Below, piece after piece: positions 62,707 through 64,000 of a DNA stretch of 64,000 nucleotides (its first letter is position 1; each line of letters starts with the position of its first letter). Origin of the DNA: Nitrospirota bacterium. GTDB lineage: Bacteria; Nitrospirota; JACRHJ01. The stretch covers positions 32,268 to 96,267 of the forward strand of contig CAVTDB010000001.1 in assembly GCA_963733375.1 (NCBI GenBank). The letters run 5' to 3'. A program made the position numbers and the translations under genes. The notes under the pieces are model-generated. The model ran no database searches and was not told the DNA's origin. It saw only the letters and a program-made list of their open reading frames with translations.

Positions 62707-64000
62707 TGGGCTACATCCCGGCTGTTCAGTCATGGTTTGATAAGCGTATCGGCCTGTCCCGCCTTGTGGCCCCTTTGCTGTACAAGCCTCTCTCGGGCGG
62801 CGCACGCTTTCAGTTCAGCCTCGGCTCGGTCAACCTCTTCCTGTTCGTGAACCAGGTCCTGACCGGCATCTTCCTGATGATGTACTACGTCAACTCGCCC
62901 GACCACGCCTGGGATGCCGTTAAATGGATCCAGCACGAGGCCAGCTTCGGTTATTTCGTGCGCGGCATGCACTACTGGGGCGCAAGCGCCATGGTCGTCT
63001 CGGTCCTGCTCCATATTGTCCGGGTCTTTGTTTATGGAGCCTATAAGAAACCGCGCGAGATAATGTGGGTTAGCGGCACGTTCCTGGTCCTGCTCGTATT
63101 GGGGTTCGCCTTCACGGGATATCTCCTTCCCTGGGACCAGAAATCGTACTGGGCGACTGTCGTCGGGACCAGCATTCCCGGAACGATGCCCGGCGGGGAC
63201 TTTATCGTCCGCCTGGCCCGCGGCGGGACCGACGTCAGCAACCTGACCCTTACGCGCTTCTTTGCGGTACACGTGGAGATACTGCCCTGGCTTTTGGTCA
63301 TCATCGCCGGAATACATCTTACCGTACTCCAGATAGTTGACCACACCCCGCCCTGGAACCCGGCGAAGGCAAAGGTAACCGCACCCTTTTATCCGGACCA
63401 GGTATTCAAGGACATGGTGCTGATCCTGCTGGTGTTCGTGGCGCTGGTTGCGCTCGCGAACCTCTCTCCCGCGCCCCTTGAGGCAATCGCGGACCCGTCG
63501 GATAAGTCTTACATCCCGCGCCCGGAATGGTATTTCTTCTTCCTTTACCAGCTCCTGAAATACTTCCAGGGCCGCTACGAGATGGTCGGGACGATAATCC
63601 TGCCGAACCTGTTCATTATAGCGATGCTGCTTTTGCCGTTCTATGACCGTAACCCGGAACTGTCCCCGAAGAAACGTCCCGTGGCAATGGCCGCCATCGT
63701 GGCATGCGTAATCGGTTACATCGCCCTCACCACTTTAGGCGCCATGAGCGGCGTCCCTGGCGGAGGCAAAGCGACCGTGCTGCCGTTACAAAGGGAAGAC
63801 AGCTCTATCAGAAGCTTGGCTGCACATCGTGCCACAGCATCAACGGCGTCGGCGGAAAAGTCGGCCCGCCTTTGGACAAGGAGTCTGCAAAGCGGGACAG
63901 GCAGTGGCTGATAGAGCATTTCAAGGACCCGCAGAAGATGTCGCCGGGCAGCATAATGCCGAAGTTCGATTACCTGACCCCGGAGCAGTTAGCTGAGCTT
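62706..64000 (+). CDS. cytochrome b (b6 + subunit IV-like) continuing after a frameshift (about 63790) into a monohaem cytochrome c domain; runs off window end
   Basis: VRGMHYWGAS, AVHVEILP and PEWYFFFLYQ are cytochrome b motifs. The shifted frame reads GRQLYQKLGCTSCHSINGVGG (CxxCH) ..SIMPKF. Confidence 0.85.

Overview
This is a GC-rich chromosomal segment (about 60% G+C by hand counts) from a diderm bacterium, judged from LptD, RlpA and a lipid A acyltransferase. It is probably an uncultured lineage or a metagenome-derived assembly. I found no rRNA, tRNA, CRISPR array, transposase or integrase.

The backbone is housekeeping. The minus strand carries rfbA-C-B-D, lptD, folC, accD, secA, cspA, nfi, cutA, pheST, queH, ruvB, a peroxiredoxin, ruvAC, yebC, an MglA-like GTPase, rlpA, ftsX, cls, radA and alr. 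The plus strand carries a rubrerythrin-like gene, manB, a RACo-like corrinoid activator, marR-emrAB, a YjiM/YjiL-like dehydratase and activator pair, a radical SAM gene and ndk. It then carries a Re-citrate-synthase-like gene followed by a tightly packed sdhCAB-sucCD-ferredoxin-Rieske-cytochrome b/c string.

Two features dominate.

1. About 24 genes, including essential ones, are split by frameshifts. Several of these sit in homopolymer runs, which points to indel errors in the assembly rather than real pseudogenes.

2. Four sharply AT-rich blocks (about 22-30% G+C) interrupt the backbone. The most interesting is 36.4-39.1 kb. It encodes a deoxynucleoside-kinase / nucleoside-2-deoxyribosyltransferase-like fusion next to, or possibly fused with, a 2TM + GAF-like protein. 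I flag this as a candidate undescribed nucleotide-centred, possibly defence, module. All family assignments come from motif recognition by eye, not from database searches.
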